Below, piece by piece: positions 1 to 9,717 of a DNA stretch of 64,000 nucleotides. The position numbers and the translations under genes are program-made. How positions within the stretch are numbered: position 1 is the stretch's first letter; every line of letters begins with the position of its first letter. Origin of the DNA: Bacteroidota bacterium (GTDB lineage: Bacteria; Bacteroidota; Bacteroidia; CAIKAF01); the NCBI GenBank assembly GCA_016866335.1, contig VGMT01000008.1, positions 12,049 to 76,048 of the forward strand, read 5' to 3'. Under the pieces are notes generated by a model. It saw nothing but the letters and a program-made list of their open reading frames with translations. It did not search any database and had not been told where the DNA came from.

Positions 1-29
1 ACTTGAACAAAGATAATTAAACTAAGTAA

Positions 30-779
30 ATGAATATTCATTGTATTCTTCTTAGGCATGGACAAAGTGCCTGGAACAAGGACAACCGATTTACAGGATG
101 GCAGGATGTGCCTTTAAGCCCGCTAGGGATTGAGGAGGCAAAAATGGCAGGCCAAATTTTGAAAGAAAATGGAATGCTGCCCGAAATTGCCTTTACCTCG
201 TACCTCCAACGGGCCATTAAAACATTATGGTTGGCCTTAGAAGAATGTGGGCAAATGCACATTCCAGTTTATAAAACCTGGAGATTAAATGAAAAGCATT
301 ACGGGGCATTGCAAGGTTTAAACAAGGCCGAGACAGCCTCAAAATATGGAGAAGAGCAGGTCTTATTATGGAGAAGGGGCTATTCCGTTCGTCCACCAGA
401 GTTGGAAATAAACGATCCCCGACACCCCGCAAACCAAACCAAATATGCTGGCATAGAGGCATCCGAATTGCCGGGTACAGAATCTTTGGCCGATACCCTA
501 ACCCGAATGCTCCCGTTTTGGAATTCAAGCATCGTTCCTAGTTTCAAAGAACATAGCACTGTTTTAATTGCAGCACATGGAAACTCCCTTCGTGGTATTG
601 TGCAACATTTAAAAGGCTTGACAGACGAAGAAATTCTTGCTTTAAATATACCAACAGGAGTTCCTTATCTTTTTGAACTAAATTCAGATGGGCAATACCT
701 GTCGGACAGGTACCTTATTAATGAGGACGATTTAGAACGCAAGTTGGAGGAAGTAAAAAACCAAGGGAAGGCTCATTAA
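30..779 (+). CDS. gpmA: 2,3-bisphosphoglycerate-dependent phosphoglycerate mutase
   Basis: The N-terminus RHGQSAWNKDNRFTGWQDVPLS is the histidine phosphatase (dPGM) signature. A 249 aa length is typical of GpmA. Confidence 0.88.
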   Translation: MNIHCILLRHGQSAWNKDNRFTGWQDVPLSPLGIEEAKMAGQILKENGMLPEIAFTSYLQRAIKTLWLALEECGQMHIPVYKTWRLNEKHYGALQGLNKAETASKYGEEQVLLWRRGYSVRPPELEINDPRHPANQTKYAGIEASELPGTESLADTLTRMLPFWNSSIVPSFKEHSTVLIAAHGNSLRGIVQHLKGLTDEEILALNIPTGVPYLFELNSDGQYLSDRYLINEDDLERKLEEVKNQGKAH

Positions 780-783
780 TGGC

Positions 784-1503
784 ATGAAAACGTGGGCTAT
801 TGGAGATGTTCATGCCTGTGGGCACACCTTAAAGGCACTGGTTGATACCTTAGGGCCAACCCCTGGCGACTGCCTAATTTTTCTGGGCGACCTGATTGAT
901 CGGGGTAAAACAATGCCTTCGGCCCTGGATTTGATTGACGAGTTAAAGTTAAACGGAGTCCAAATCCGACTTCTTAGAGGAAATCATGAAGACGCATTCA
1001 TTCAAGCATTTGAAGAAAGTCAAAATCCACCCAAACGAAAACTGTTTCAAAAAAATATCCTTCCAGCCTTCAACGTGTGGAAATCATTTGGAGGAAATGA
1101 AGTATTGCGAAGTTTTGGGGCAAATCGAATGTCAGAATTGCCCGAACACTTAATAAAACTAATTTACGGCAGTGAAATGTGGATTGAACTCGACCATTTC
1201 ATTTTGGTTCATGCTGGTTTTAACTTTAGCCACGAACCCTTTTGGGAAGACACCCAGGCCATGATGTGGATAAGAGAGTTTGATGTAGATTTAAGCAAAA
1301 CCAAGGGCCGACGAGTTGTTCACGGGCATGTACCAGTGTCGCTTGAATTAATTAAACAAACCCTGGAACAACCTAACTTTGGCTTTATAGACCTTGACAA
1401 TGGATGTGTTTACAGAGACAGACCAGGAATGGGAAATTTGGTCGCCCTTGACCTGAACGAAACAACATTGATTGTACAACCTAATATTGAACCTTACGCA
1501 TGA
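784..1503 (+). CDS. calcineurin-like metallophosphoesterase (PPP-family Ser/Thr phosphatase / ApaH-PrpE-like)
   Basis: Motifs GDVHAC..GDLIDRG..RGNHE match GDxHG/GDxxDRG/GNHE. The start is 4 nt after the gpmA stop. Confidence 0.7.
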   Translation: MKTWAIGDVHACGHTLKALVDTLGPTPGDCLIFLGDLIDRGKTMPSALDLIDELKLNGVQIRLLRGNHEDAFIQAFEESQNPPKRKLFQKNILPAFNVWKSFGGNEVLRSFGANRMSELPEHLIKLIYGSEMWIELDHFILVHAGFNFSHEPFWEDTQAMMWIREFDVDLSKTKGRRVVHGHVPVSLELIKQTLEQPNFGFIDLDNGCVYRDRPGMGNLVALDLNETTLIVQPNIEPYA

Positions 1504-2048
1504 GTTTGTTTATCATTACCGGAGGACCAGGATCTGGAAAAACGAGTTTGATTCAAGGCCTTCAAACAAAAGGATACGTTGTTTTTCCAGAGGCTTCAAG
1601 AATGGTTATTTCTGAACAACAAAAACAAGAGAATGGCATTCTGCCCTGGACCGATCTAGAGGGGTTTCAACACCTTGTTTTTGAACAACAAAAAAGAGAT
1701 TACCATACTGCCAAGTCTCTTGGAAGCGTGGTATTTTTAGATCGAGGCCTTCCAGATGGCCTTGGCTACATGAAATCTGGCGGGTTGTTTATACCTCAGG
1801 AACTCAAAACCAACATCAAACAGTTTCCTTACGCCAACACCGTTTTTTTAACCCCTCCGTGGCAAGAAATTTATAAAAATGACTCTGCCCGCTGGGAAGA
1901 TTTTCAAAAAGCGGAAGACATTTATTTCTCGCTTAAAGAAGTGTATGAGGATTTGGGCTACAACACCCGGCCCCTTCCCTTAGATACAATAGAAAAACGA
2001 ATTGAATTTGTCTTAAATCAAATTTCAACTCCCCCTTCGGTTCCGTAA
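1500..2048 (+). CDS. small P-loop NTPase (COG3911/AAA_28-like predicted ATPase)
   Basis: Walker A GGPGSGKTS lies at the N-terminus and a VVFLDRG Walker-B-like motif follows. The start overlaps the upstream phosphoesterase stop by 4 nt (ATGA). Confidence 0.6.
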   Translation: MSLFIITGGPGSGKTSLIQGLQTKGYVVFPEASRMVISEQQKQENGILPWTDLEGFQHLVFEQQKRDYHTAKSLGSVVFLDRGLPDGLGYMKSGGLFIPQELKTNIKQFPYANTVFLTPPWQEIYKNDSARWEDFQKAEDIYFSLKEVYEDLGYNTRPLPLDTIEKRIEFVLNQISTPPSVP

Positions 2049-2057
2049 CTTTGCGGA

Positions 2058-3965
2058 ATGCAACCTGAAGAAATTCTGTTTTCCTATTGGGGCCACCGGC
2101 AGTTCCGGCCCCTTCAAAAGGAAATTGTAGAATCTGTATTAGAAGGGAAAGACAGCCTTGCACTTTTGCCAACAGGGGGTGGAAAAAGCATTTGCTTTCA
2201 GGTTCCCGGAATAATGCTACCCGGATTATGCCTTGTCATTTCTCCCCTGATTGCCTTGATGGAAGACCAGGTTTTAAATTTAAAACAAAGAGGAATTTCA
2301 GCCTATGCCATTCGAAGCGGCCAAACAACAGGAATCATTCGATCAATTTTGGACGAAGCCTCTGACGGTAAGGTGAAATTTCTGTATGTATCGCCAGAGC
2401 GCTTAACCTCTGTACTTTTTCAAGCCTACCTTCCGTATTTAAAACCTAGTTTGATAGCTGTAGATGAAGCCCATTGTATTTCACAATGGGGTTATGATTT
2501 CAGGCCTCATTATTTAAACATTGCTGGGATTCGCCCCTGGTTTAAGGACGTGCCTGTTTTGGCTCTTACCGCCACGGCCACGCCCGATGTTGTTGAAGAC
2601 ATTCAAGCTAAATTAGGATTTTCAAAGCCAAATGTGTTTCAGAAATCCTTTAAAAGAAGCAACCTAACCTATGGCGTGACCGAAACAGACAATAAGCTTG
2701 ATCGGCTCTCTATTTTTTTAAAAAAACAGCCTGGTTCGGCCGTTGTATATGTGCGCAACCGAGCAAAATGTGAGCGCATTGCTGAATGGCTCAAAAACCA
2801 AGGCTGGGATGCAGATTATTACCACGCAGGAATTCCAAACGCAGAACGAAGCAAAAAACAATCCTATTGGATTCAGCAACCCAATGCGATAATGGTGGCG
2901 ACCAATGCTTTTGGAATGGGTATTGATAAAAGCAATGTTCGTGCCGTAGCACACCTAGATTTACCAGATACCATAGAAGCCTATTTTCAAGAAGCCGGGA
3001 GGGCAGGCCGAGACGAGAACCCTGCCGTAGCCTTGTTGATGGTTTCTGATGATGACCGAGCAACCTTAAAGGAGAATTTGGAGTTTCAATTCCCTAATTT
3101 GGAAACCATTGGACGAATCTATGAAGCCCTATTCAAAGAAACGTTCATTACTTTAGGAGAAGGAGCGGGGCATGTGCTTGAAGTGGATATTGAACCCTTG
3201 GCTAATGCTTTAAAACTGGCACCACAGCAATTACATTCGGGCTTAGGTTTATTGGAGCGAGGAGGATACATTCAGGTTATTGAATCTGCAGAGGACATTT
3301 GCTACCTTAAGCTTAAAAGCGAACCACAGCAGCTGCGCAGTATGGTTGTTTCTAAAAAAGCCATTCAGCTTTGTGAACGATTGATGCGAAAAATTCCGGG
3401 TATTGCAGATGAAACCAAAGGCATTAGAATGGAACAGCTAAGAAGATGGACCTATACTGAAACAGACGATGTTTGGAAGGTACTTTTGGGCGAGTTGCAA
3501 GAGCGTGGGGCATTGAATTACTTTTTACCTGAACCAAACCGATGTATTTTAAGGTTGCTTTCTGAACGGGTCCCAAAATCCCATATTCGCCTTTCAAATG
3601 AGGTTTATGGACTAAGAAGGAAAATTGCTGAAGAAAAAATGAAGGCAGTAGAGCACTACGCTTTTGACAAAAAAAAATGCCGGCTGCTAAAGTTGTTGAG
3701 TTATTTTGGAGAAGTAGATACCCTTGCATGTGGACAATGCGACGTGTGCATTTCAAAAGAAAAGGCCAAAAATTTGGAAGAACTGTTTTTTGAGGCCAGA
3801 AACGAAAAAATGGAATGGAGGTTAGAAGAAATCCGCGACAGGTTTCCAACAATTAGGAACTTCAACCATCCGATTTTTCGGGAATGGGTGGAGTCTGGCC
3901 TAATAAGTGAAATTAAGCCAGGGTTGATTCGATTCAATATTGAAGCAGAGCAGCGCCCCAAGTAA
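2058..3965 (+). CDS. recQ: ATP-dependent DNA helicase RecQ
   Basis: Helicase motifs LLPTGGGKS and DEAHCISQWG (DEAH box) are present. The protein is 635 aa with C-terminal RQC/HRDC-like regions, and the start is 9 nt after the preceding gene. Confidence 0.85.
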   Translation: MQPEEILFSYWGHRQFRPLQKEIVESVLEGKDSLALLPTGGGKSICFQVPGIMLPGLCLVISPLIALMEDQVLNLKQRGISAYAIRSGQTTGIIRSILDEASDGKVKFLYVSPERLTSVLFQAYLPYLKPSLIAVDEAHCISQWGYDFRPHYLNIAGIRPWFKDVPVLALTATATPDVVEDIQAKLGFSKPNVFQKSFKRSNLTYGVTETDNKLDRLSIFLKKQPGSAVVYVRNRAKCERIAEWLKNQGWDADYYHAGIPNAERSKKQSYWIQQPNAIMVATNAFGMGIDKSNVRAVAHLDLPDTIEAYFQEAGRAGRDENPAVALLMVSDDDRATLKENLEFQFPNLETIGRIYEALFKETFITLGEGAGHVLEVDIEPLANALKLAPQQLHSGLGLLERGGYIQVIESAEDICYLKLKSEPQQLRSMVVSKKAIQLCERLMRKIPGIADETKGIRMEQLRRWTYTETDDVWKVLLGELQERGALNYFLPEPNRCILRLLSERVPKSHIRLSNEVYGLRRKIAEEKMKAVEHYAFDKKKCRLLKLLSYFGEVDTLACGQCDVCISKEKAKNLEELFFEARNEKMEWRLEEIRDRFPTIRNFNHPIFREWVESGLISEIKPGLIRFNIEAEQRPK

Positions 3966-4944
3966 ACCCACTTCCAAAAGCCGCCATAGCTATCATTTCT
4001 CCCTTTTGAATTCGACCTGAACTAATTGACTCATGCAAGGCAAGAGGAATGGAGGCCGAGGTGGTATTGCCGCGGCAATGGATGTTGGTAATAAGTTTGC
4101 TTTGGGGTATGGATAATTCAGAAGCAACATGCTGTGAAATCCGTTGATTGGCTTGATGAGGAATAAACCAATCCCATTCATCCGAAGATATTGAGGTTCT
4201 CGATATCAATTCGGTTAAGGCCTCACGAAATCGAGCAGTGGCATGTTTAAAAACAGCGGGGCCATTCATGTAAGGAAGCATCTCCCCTCGTTTCATCATG
4301 TCGACCGAAGCTATAGGCGATTGCTGAGTACCGGGGTTCTTCTGGACCAATTCCTCAGCAAAACGGCCATCGGAATGAATTAGGCAGTCAATTAGACCTA
4401 CCCTATCTTTTGAATCGGAAATTGGCTTTGCTTCAAGACAAACGGCTGCTGCAGCATCTCCAAACAAAACGGATATATTTCGGCCCCGTGTACTCAATTC
4501 CATCAAAGCCGATTGGGCCTCACTGCAAACCAGTAAGATTTTTTGGGCCTTGCCCGATTCTATATAGGCTTGCGCCACTGAAAGTCCATAAATAAATCCA
4601 GAACATTGGGCTCGAATGTCTAAGCATGGTATATTGGGCAAGTCCAATTCCCGCTGAACCAAAACACCGGACCCAGGAAAGTAATAGTCTGGACTAAGGG
4701 TTGAGAAAATCAGTAAATCCGGATCGGAAATCGACCAATTGGCCCTATCCATGGCATCTTGAGCTGCTGAAGCGCCCATGAAAGAACAGGTTTCATGGCT
4801 TAAATCGGCAAACCTACGCGACTGAATTCCACTTCGCTCTTGAATCCAGGCATCGGTTGTATCCATCAAGGGTTCAAGGTCTTTATTAAAGACCTCTCTT
4901 TTCGGCAAATACGCCCCGGTAGATTTGAGAATAAGGCGCCACAT
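3934..4944 (-). CDS. 3-oxoacyl-ACP synthase III family protein (FabH-like)
   Basis: A thiolase-fold KAS III with the C-terminal AAFGSGFTWGAALLQY motif and the active-site Cys region AQCSGFIYGL. The 3' end overlaps the recQ 3' end by 32 nt (convergent). Confidence 0.78.
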   Translation of the reverse strand: MWRLILKSTGAYLPKREVFNKDLEPLMDTTDAWIQERSGIQSRRFADLSHETCSFMGASAAQDAMDRANWSISDPDLLIFSTLSPDYYFPGSGVLVQRELDLPNIPCLDIRAQCSGFIYGLSVAQAYIESGKAQKILLVCSEAQSALMELSTRGRNISVLFGDAAAAVCLEAKPISDSKDRVGLIDCLIHSDGRFAEELVQKNPGTQQSPIASVDMMKRGEMLPYMNGPAVFKHATARFREALTELISRTSISSDEWDWFIPHQANQRISQHVASELSIPQSKLITNIHCRGNTTSASIPLALHESISSGRIQKGEMIAMAAFGSGFTWGAALLQY

Positions 4945-5007
4945 TCATGTTAAATTTAAAAAATCAGGATCTGGATTGGCACAATTGTTTAAGAACCGAA
5001 GGTAAAA

Positions 5008-6354
5008 TCAAATTTCTTTCACCGAATGAACCATTCGGATTCCCATTTCTTGTAATTCTTTTAAAACGGGGGCATAACATTCAGCCGCAACAGGTATATG
5101 CACTCCAGGACTAGCAATATGGCCCTTTAAAATGGCCTTTGCTGCTATACCTAGCGGAAGCCCTACCGTTTTGGCCATAGCGGTTTTTACCGAATCTTCG
5201 CCTTCAACAACCAAATGGGCGCGCAACTCGAAGGTTTTACCCTCAATCGTATAATTCAGTAGGTGATACATAACAATCATATCTTTATCCATGGGCGACA
5301 ATGTCCATTTTTTTTCCAAAATATGCTGTAGAATTTGAGCAGGCGATGCAGGCCTTGAAAGCCCCACCGGCTCGTTGTTGAATAAATTCAACCATTTTAA
5401 CTTTCTAAATTCTTCAGAATCCAAGTCCAATCGCAAAGCTTGAGCCAACTTTGTTTCAACGCTATCCGTGGGATGGTAAAACAAAAAGCTGTTAACAAAA
5501 TCACGGTGGGTCATTGCATCTACCCCTTCCATTTGATAGGAATCATCGGTCATTCCCAACTGAACAAAGACATCCCAGGCACGGCAAAATCCAAGCCTTC
5601 GTATGGTACCCCTATACAGTGTTTTGATACCGTTCAGGTTGTACAGATTTAAGTACTTTAAGGAATCCCGATTGCCGTACACCTCGAATTCTCCATATTG
5701 TTCAATTTCTATGACCTCGGTTCGGCGAAACACCTTATGATAAGGAATGTACTTGAATTTGCCTTCGTGTAAAAATTTAACTGCTCCTCCCGAAGCTGCC
5801 AAAACAACGTTCCGAGGGTTCCAAGTAAACTTGTATTTCCATGGTCCCGATTCGCTTGAAGGTGCCATTAATCCCCCTGTATAGCTTTCAAAAGCGCAGA
5901 TTTCAGCCCCCATTGACCGCAGGTGATCAATAAACTGCATGGCCGTCATATGGTCAATTCCTGGATCTAGGCCCATTTCGTTTAAAAAAATTAAACCCTT
6001 TGACCTAGCCTTGGCATCTAAGGCCAGCATTTCATCAGAAAGATAAGAGGCCGTAATCAAATGCGAATTCGATTCTAAACACAATTGGGCAATGCCTATA
6101 TGCATATGGGGCGGAAGCAAAGAAATAACAAGGTGGCAGCCCGTTAGCAAGTTCCTAACATCGTCTATCTGATTTACATCTACAACAGCACCCTTAACCC
6201 AGGGAAATTTGCTGATTTTATTTTTCAGGCCTTGAACATCAACATCGGCAACGATTAAATTCCAATTTGAACTTAAAACCAGATTGGCTAGGTATTCAAT
6301 CATTGAAGAAGCTGATTTTCCCGCTCCTAAAATCAAAATTGTTTTCGTTTGCAT
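5008..6354 (-). CDS. saccharopine dehydrogenase family NAD(P)-binding protein
   Basis: An N-terminal Rossmann motif ILILGAGKSASSMIEYL is present. The 448 aa length and downstream regions are typical of saccharopine dehydrogenase (NADP, glutamate-forming)-like proteins. Confidence 0.65.
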   Translation of the reverse strand: MQTKTILILGAGKSASSMIEYLANLVLSSNWNLIVADVDVQGLKNKISKFPWVKGAVVDVNQIDDVRNLLTGCHLVISLLPPHMHIGIAQLCLESNSHLITASYLSDEMLALDAKARSKGLIFLNEMGLDPGIDHMTAMQFIDHLRSMGAEICAFESYTGGLMAPSSESGPWKYKFTWNPRNVVLAASGGAVKFLHEGKFKYIPYHKVFRRTEVIEIEQYGEFEVYGNRDSLKYLNLYNLNGIKTLYRGTIRRLGFCRAWDVFVQLGMTDDSYQMEGVDAMTHRDFVNSFLFYHPTDSVETKLAQALRLDLDSEEFRKLKWLNLFNNEPVGLSRPASPAQILQHILEKKWTLSPMDKDMIVMYHLLNYTIEGKTFELRAHLVVEGEDSVKTAMAKTVGLPLGIAAKAILKGHIASPGVHIPVAAECYAPVLKELQEMGIRMVHSVKEI

Positions 6355-6445
6355 TTACACCCTAAAACTAAATCGTAATGGCAAAGATATGGAAGGAAAT
6401 GAGCTTAACGTAGGCTGTGCCCAATTGGTTTTTAACACCTAAAAT

Positions 6446-6913
6446 TTGATGAACAAAGCTACTAAAAACCCATCCTCATTATCTTTGAGCATGAAAAACA
6501 TGAGTCGAAACGGATTGGCCGGGGCCATTTTGGGCTTGTTCGGTGTTGTACTTGGAGCGCTTGGAGCCCATGCCCTAAAAGGGATTCTAAGCAACGATGC
6601 GCTGGAAAGCTACAAAACCGGAGTGTATTATTTGCAATGGCATGCAAGCCTTATTTTGTTTCTGGCCTTTATTTTCAAATCAGAAGTAACCACTCCAAAG
6701 TATGTTCGTTGGGGTATTCGTTTCTTCTTTATTGGAATAGGTTTGTTTACCGGATCTATATTGGGTTTGGTCTTTCTTTCTACCTTAGGTTTAAATGCCA
6801 GATTTTTGGGGCCGATTACTCCATTGGGGGGATTTAGCCTTATGTTGGGCTGGTTTTGCCTTATACTGAATTTTCTTCAGCGATTAAAATACCGAAATAC
6901 CGATGTCAACTAA
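6446..6913 (+). CDS. DUF423 (YgdD-like) small membrane protein
   Basis: There are four predicted TM helices, including a GALGAHAL motif. The true start may lie at an internal Met (MKNMSRNG). Confidence 0.55.
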   Translation: MMNKATKNPSSLSLSMKNMSRNGLAGAILGLFGVVLGALGAHALKGILSNDALESYKTGVYYLQWHASLILFLAFIFKSEVTTPKYVRWGIRFFFIGIGLFTGSILGLVFLSTLGLNARFLGPITPLGGFSLMLGWFCLILNFLQRLKYRNTDVN

Positions 6914-7265
6914 AACTCTTTTTGCTTTGTTCCTATTGACTTTCCTTTCTTGCATTGGAAAAAAAAGTGCCCTTGCCCCCATTCAACCCGAAGAATCGGC
7001 ACCGGTATTTTGTTCCATTTCGTTTTTTAGCATTGGCTACGGAATAGATGGGCAGGGTTTGAAATCAGTCCAAAATTGGGCTCAACAGAAAAAAGACTCG
7101 GTGGTACTTCAACAAACCCCTTGGGGGCGAGAGGGAGAGGTTGATGTCTGCCTTCGAAGTATTCATTATGAAACTGAAATCCAAAGGTGGTTGACGGATT
7201 TAAAGGGCATCCTTGCTAGGGCTAAAAACTGCCGTATTTCAAATGAAAAATCGTGCCGAAAGTGA
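6903..7265 (+). CDS. hypothetical lipoprotein
   Basis: A signal peptide with the lipobox-like LLTFLSCIGK is present. No recognisable domain was found. Confidence 0.4.
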   Translation: MSTKTLFALFLLTFLSCIGKKSALAPIQPEESAPVFCSISFFSIGYGIDGQGLKSVQNWAQQKKDSVVLQQTPWGREGEVDVCLRSIHYETEIQRWLTDLKGILARAKNCRISNEKSCRK

Positions 7266-7337
7266 AAAATCATTCTTTTACGGCCGATTAATTGTTACTT
7301 TTGAGTCCTTAAAAATCTCTCCTGTCAAACACCCAAA

Positions 7338-8951
7338 TTGATGCAAAACCTCGGACTTCCAAATCACATAAAACCATTGGAAACAAATGGAATTAAAACA
7401 GAAGCAGATGTTTTTTGGAACCTTTGCCCCTCTGAACTTATCGAACACACTCTAAAAGCAGGTCAAGGAAAACTAATTGATTGTGGAGCATTGGCAGTTG
7501 AAACGGGGGAATTTACTGGCCGTAGTCCAAAAGACCGTTTTATTGTATCCGATGAATTAACCCAACACGAGGTTTGGTGGGGAAACCACAACATTGCCTT
7601 TGAAGAAGAGGCCTTTTTAAGGCTTCGCGATAAGATGCAAGACTATTGTGCCACACGAAATTTATACGTTAGGGATGCTTGGGTTGGTTCAGACCAAAGG
7701 TGCCGGGTATCGGTTCGCGTAGTGAATGAAACGGCTTGGAGCAATTTGTTTGTTTACAACATGTTTATAGAGCCATCGGCAGATGAAGTTCAGGCATTAA
7801 AGCCGGAGTGGTTGGTCTTAAATATACCCAGCTTCAAAGCCCTGCCTGAAATAGATGGTACAAGGCAGCACAACTTCGCCATCGTTTCATTTAAACATAA
7901 AACCATTTTAATTGGCGGAACAGGTTATACAGGGGAGATTAAGAAAGGAATGTTTTCGGCTCTGAATTTCATACTGCCCACCCAACACAATGTAATGCCT
8001 ATGCACTGCAGCGCCAATGTGGGCGACAATGGAGATACGGCCTTGTTTTTTGGGTTATCGGGAACAGGAAAAACAACGCTTTCTGCCGACCCAGAACGCC
8101 TGTTGATTGGAGACGATGAACACGGGTGGGCCGATTCTTCTGTTTTCAATTTTGAAGGAGGTTGCTATGCCAAAACGATTGACCTAACAGAAGAAAAAGA
8201 ACCAGATATTTACCGGGCCATTCGATATGGGGCTCTACTTGAGAATATTGGAATAGATCCTCATTCTAGAAAACCTGATTATACTGATTCCAAACTTACC
8301 GAGAATACGCGAGTTTCGTACCCTATTCATTACATAGACCGAATCCAAAATGGATCAATAGGGGCTGAGCCTAAACACATATTTTACCTTACCTGCGATG
8401 CTTACGGGATTTTGCCTCCTATTTCAAAATTGACCGCTGGGCAAGCCATGTACCACTTTATTTCTGGATACACTGCCAAGGTAGCTGGAACGGAAGCTGG
8501 AATTACCGAACCCCAGACCACCTTTTCTGCTTGTTTCGGGGCCCCCTTTATGCCTTTGCATCCAGCACGGTATGCTGCAATGTTGGGTGAACGAATTAAA
8601 AAATCTGGAGCCAAGGTTTGGTTAATCAATACTGGTTGGAGCGGTGGGCCTTATGGAATTGGACAACGCATGAAATTGAATTTAACTAGGGCAATGATTC
8701 GGGCAGCCATGAATGGTCAATTGGATTGGGAGGACTACCAGCAACACCCTATTTTTGGGTTGGCGATGCCCTTAACCTGTCCAGGGGTTCCTGCGGAATT
8801 GCTAAATCCAGAATCAACCTGGAAAAATAAAGAATCCTATCAAGAAGCCGCCTATGCATTGGCTCAAAAATTCCATGCCAATTTTGAAAAGTTCAGTACG
8901 GAAGCATCACCTGAAATTTTAGAGGCAGGTCCAAGGACCCTAGTTAAGTAA
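7338..8951 (+). CDS. pckA: phosphoenolpyruvate carboxykinase (ATP)
   Basis: The kinase-1a P-loop GLSGTGKTTLS and a 537 aa length match ATP-dependent PEPCK. Confidence 0.9.
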   Translation: MMQNLGLPNHIKPLETNGIKTEADVFWNLCPSELIEHTLKAGQGKLIDCGALAVETGEFTGRSPKDRFIVSDELTQHEVWWGNHNIAFEEEAFLRLRDKMQDYCATRNLYVRDAWVGSDQRCRVSVRVVNETAWSNLFVYNMFIEPSADEVQALKPEWLVLNIPSFKALPEIDGTRQHNFAIVSFKHKTILIGGTGYTGEIKKGMFSALNFILPTQHNVMPMHCSANVGDNGDTALFFGLSGTGKTTLSADPERLLIGDDEHGWADSSVFNFEGGCYAKTIDLTEEKEPDIYRAIRYGALLENIGIDPHSRKPDYTDSKLTENTRVSYPIHYIDRIQNGSIGAEPKHIFYLTCDAYGILPPISKLTAGQAMYHFISGYTAKVAGTEAGITEPQTTFSACFGAPFMPLHPARYAAMLGERIKKSGAKVWLINTGWSGGPYGIGQRMKLNLTRAMIRAAMNGQLDWEDYQQHPIFGLAMPLTCPGVPAELLNPESTWKNKESYQEAAYALAQKFHANFEKFSTEASPEILEAGPRTLVK

Positions 8952-8955
8952 TAGC

Positions 8956-9717
8956 ATGGGACGGGGTCGAAATGCCATTTTTGCCCTGTTCGTATTTTGG
9001 GTTTTAACAATAGCCCTTGCCTGCAACCCAAAATGGGTGGCGGTGCAATCCGATGCTTCCTTTTTATCGCTCAATCAAATTAAAGGAGATTCTTTGGCTG
9101 AAGCCCTACTGAAACCCTACTCCGACTCGGTATCAAAAAGCATGGGGCGCGTATTGTGTCATTCTGCCAAAGCCCTTCCCAAAATAAAAGGTTCAGCCGA
9201 AACCGCCCTGGGCAATTTAATGAGTGACATTGTATTAGATAGAGCGAGAAAAATTCAGCCCGAAGTTCAGGCATCTTTGCTCAACCTGGGTGGCCTACGG
9301 GCATCATTACCAGAAGGCCCTATCGCCTTGGGTAACGTGTATAGTTTAATGCCCTTTGACAATCGAATTGCGCTTGTAAAATTAGGTCCAAAAGAAAAAA
9401 AAGAAATGTTTCGCTACATTGGCGAACACCCCGGCACACCCTTTTCTGGATTTGAACTTCGGTGCGAAAATCAAAATTGGATGGGTTTTTTAAAAGGGGA
9501 ACCCATTCCAGAAAACGATTCCTTCTACGTAGCAACGTCCGATTTTTTAGCCCAAGGAGGCGATAAAATGAATTTCTTTTTAACCAATCCCTTGTTTTTT
9601 GATCCCGGTGTTCTACTTAGGGATGCTATCATTTCTTACATGGTAGAATCCCAACAGGCTGGCAAAAACATCCATAGTCAATTGGACAACCGAATAGTTC
9701 CCTGTACCGAAAAATGA
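8956..9717 (+). CDS. 5'-nucleotidase C-terminal domain protein (lipoprotein)
   Basis: A signal peptide with lipobox LTIALACN is present. It resembles the UshA C-terminal substrate-binding domain, and the stop overlaps the next gene by 4 nt. Confidence 0.6.
   Translation: MGRGRNAIFALFVFWVLTIALACNPKWVAVQSDASFLSLNQIKGDSLAEALLKPYSDSVSKSMGRVLCHSAKALPKIKGSAETALGNLMSDIVLDRARKIQPEVQASLLNLGGLRASLPEGPIALGNVYSLMPFDNRIALVKLGPKEKKEMFRYIGEHPGTPFSGFELRCENQNWMGFLKGEPIPENDSFYVATSDFLAQGGDKMNFFLTNPLFFDPGVLLRDAIISYMVESQQAGKNIHSQLDNRIVPCTEK

Noticed and set aside
3424-3852. 142-aa minus-strand ORF.
   Set aside because: It is antisense inside the recQ C-terminal region.
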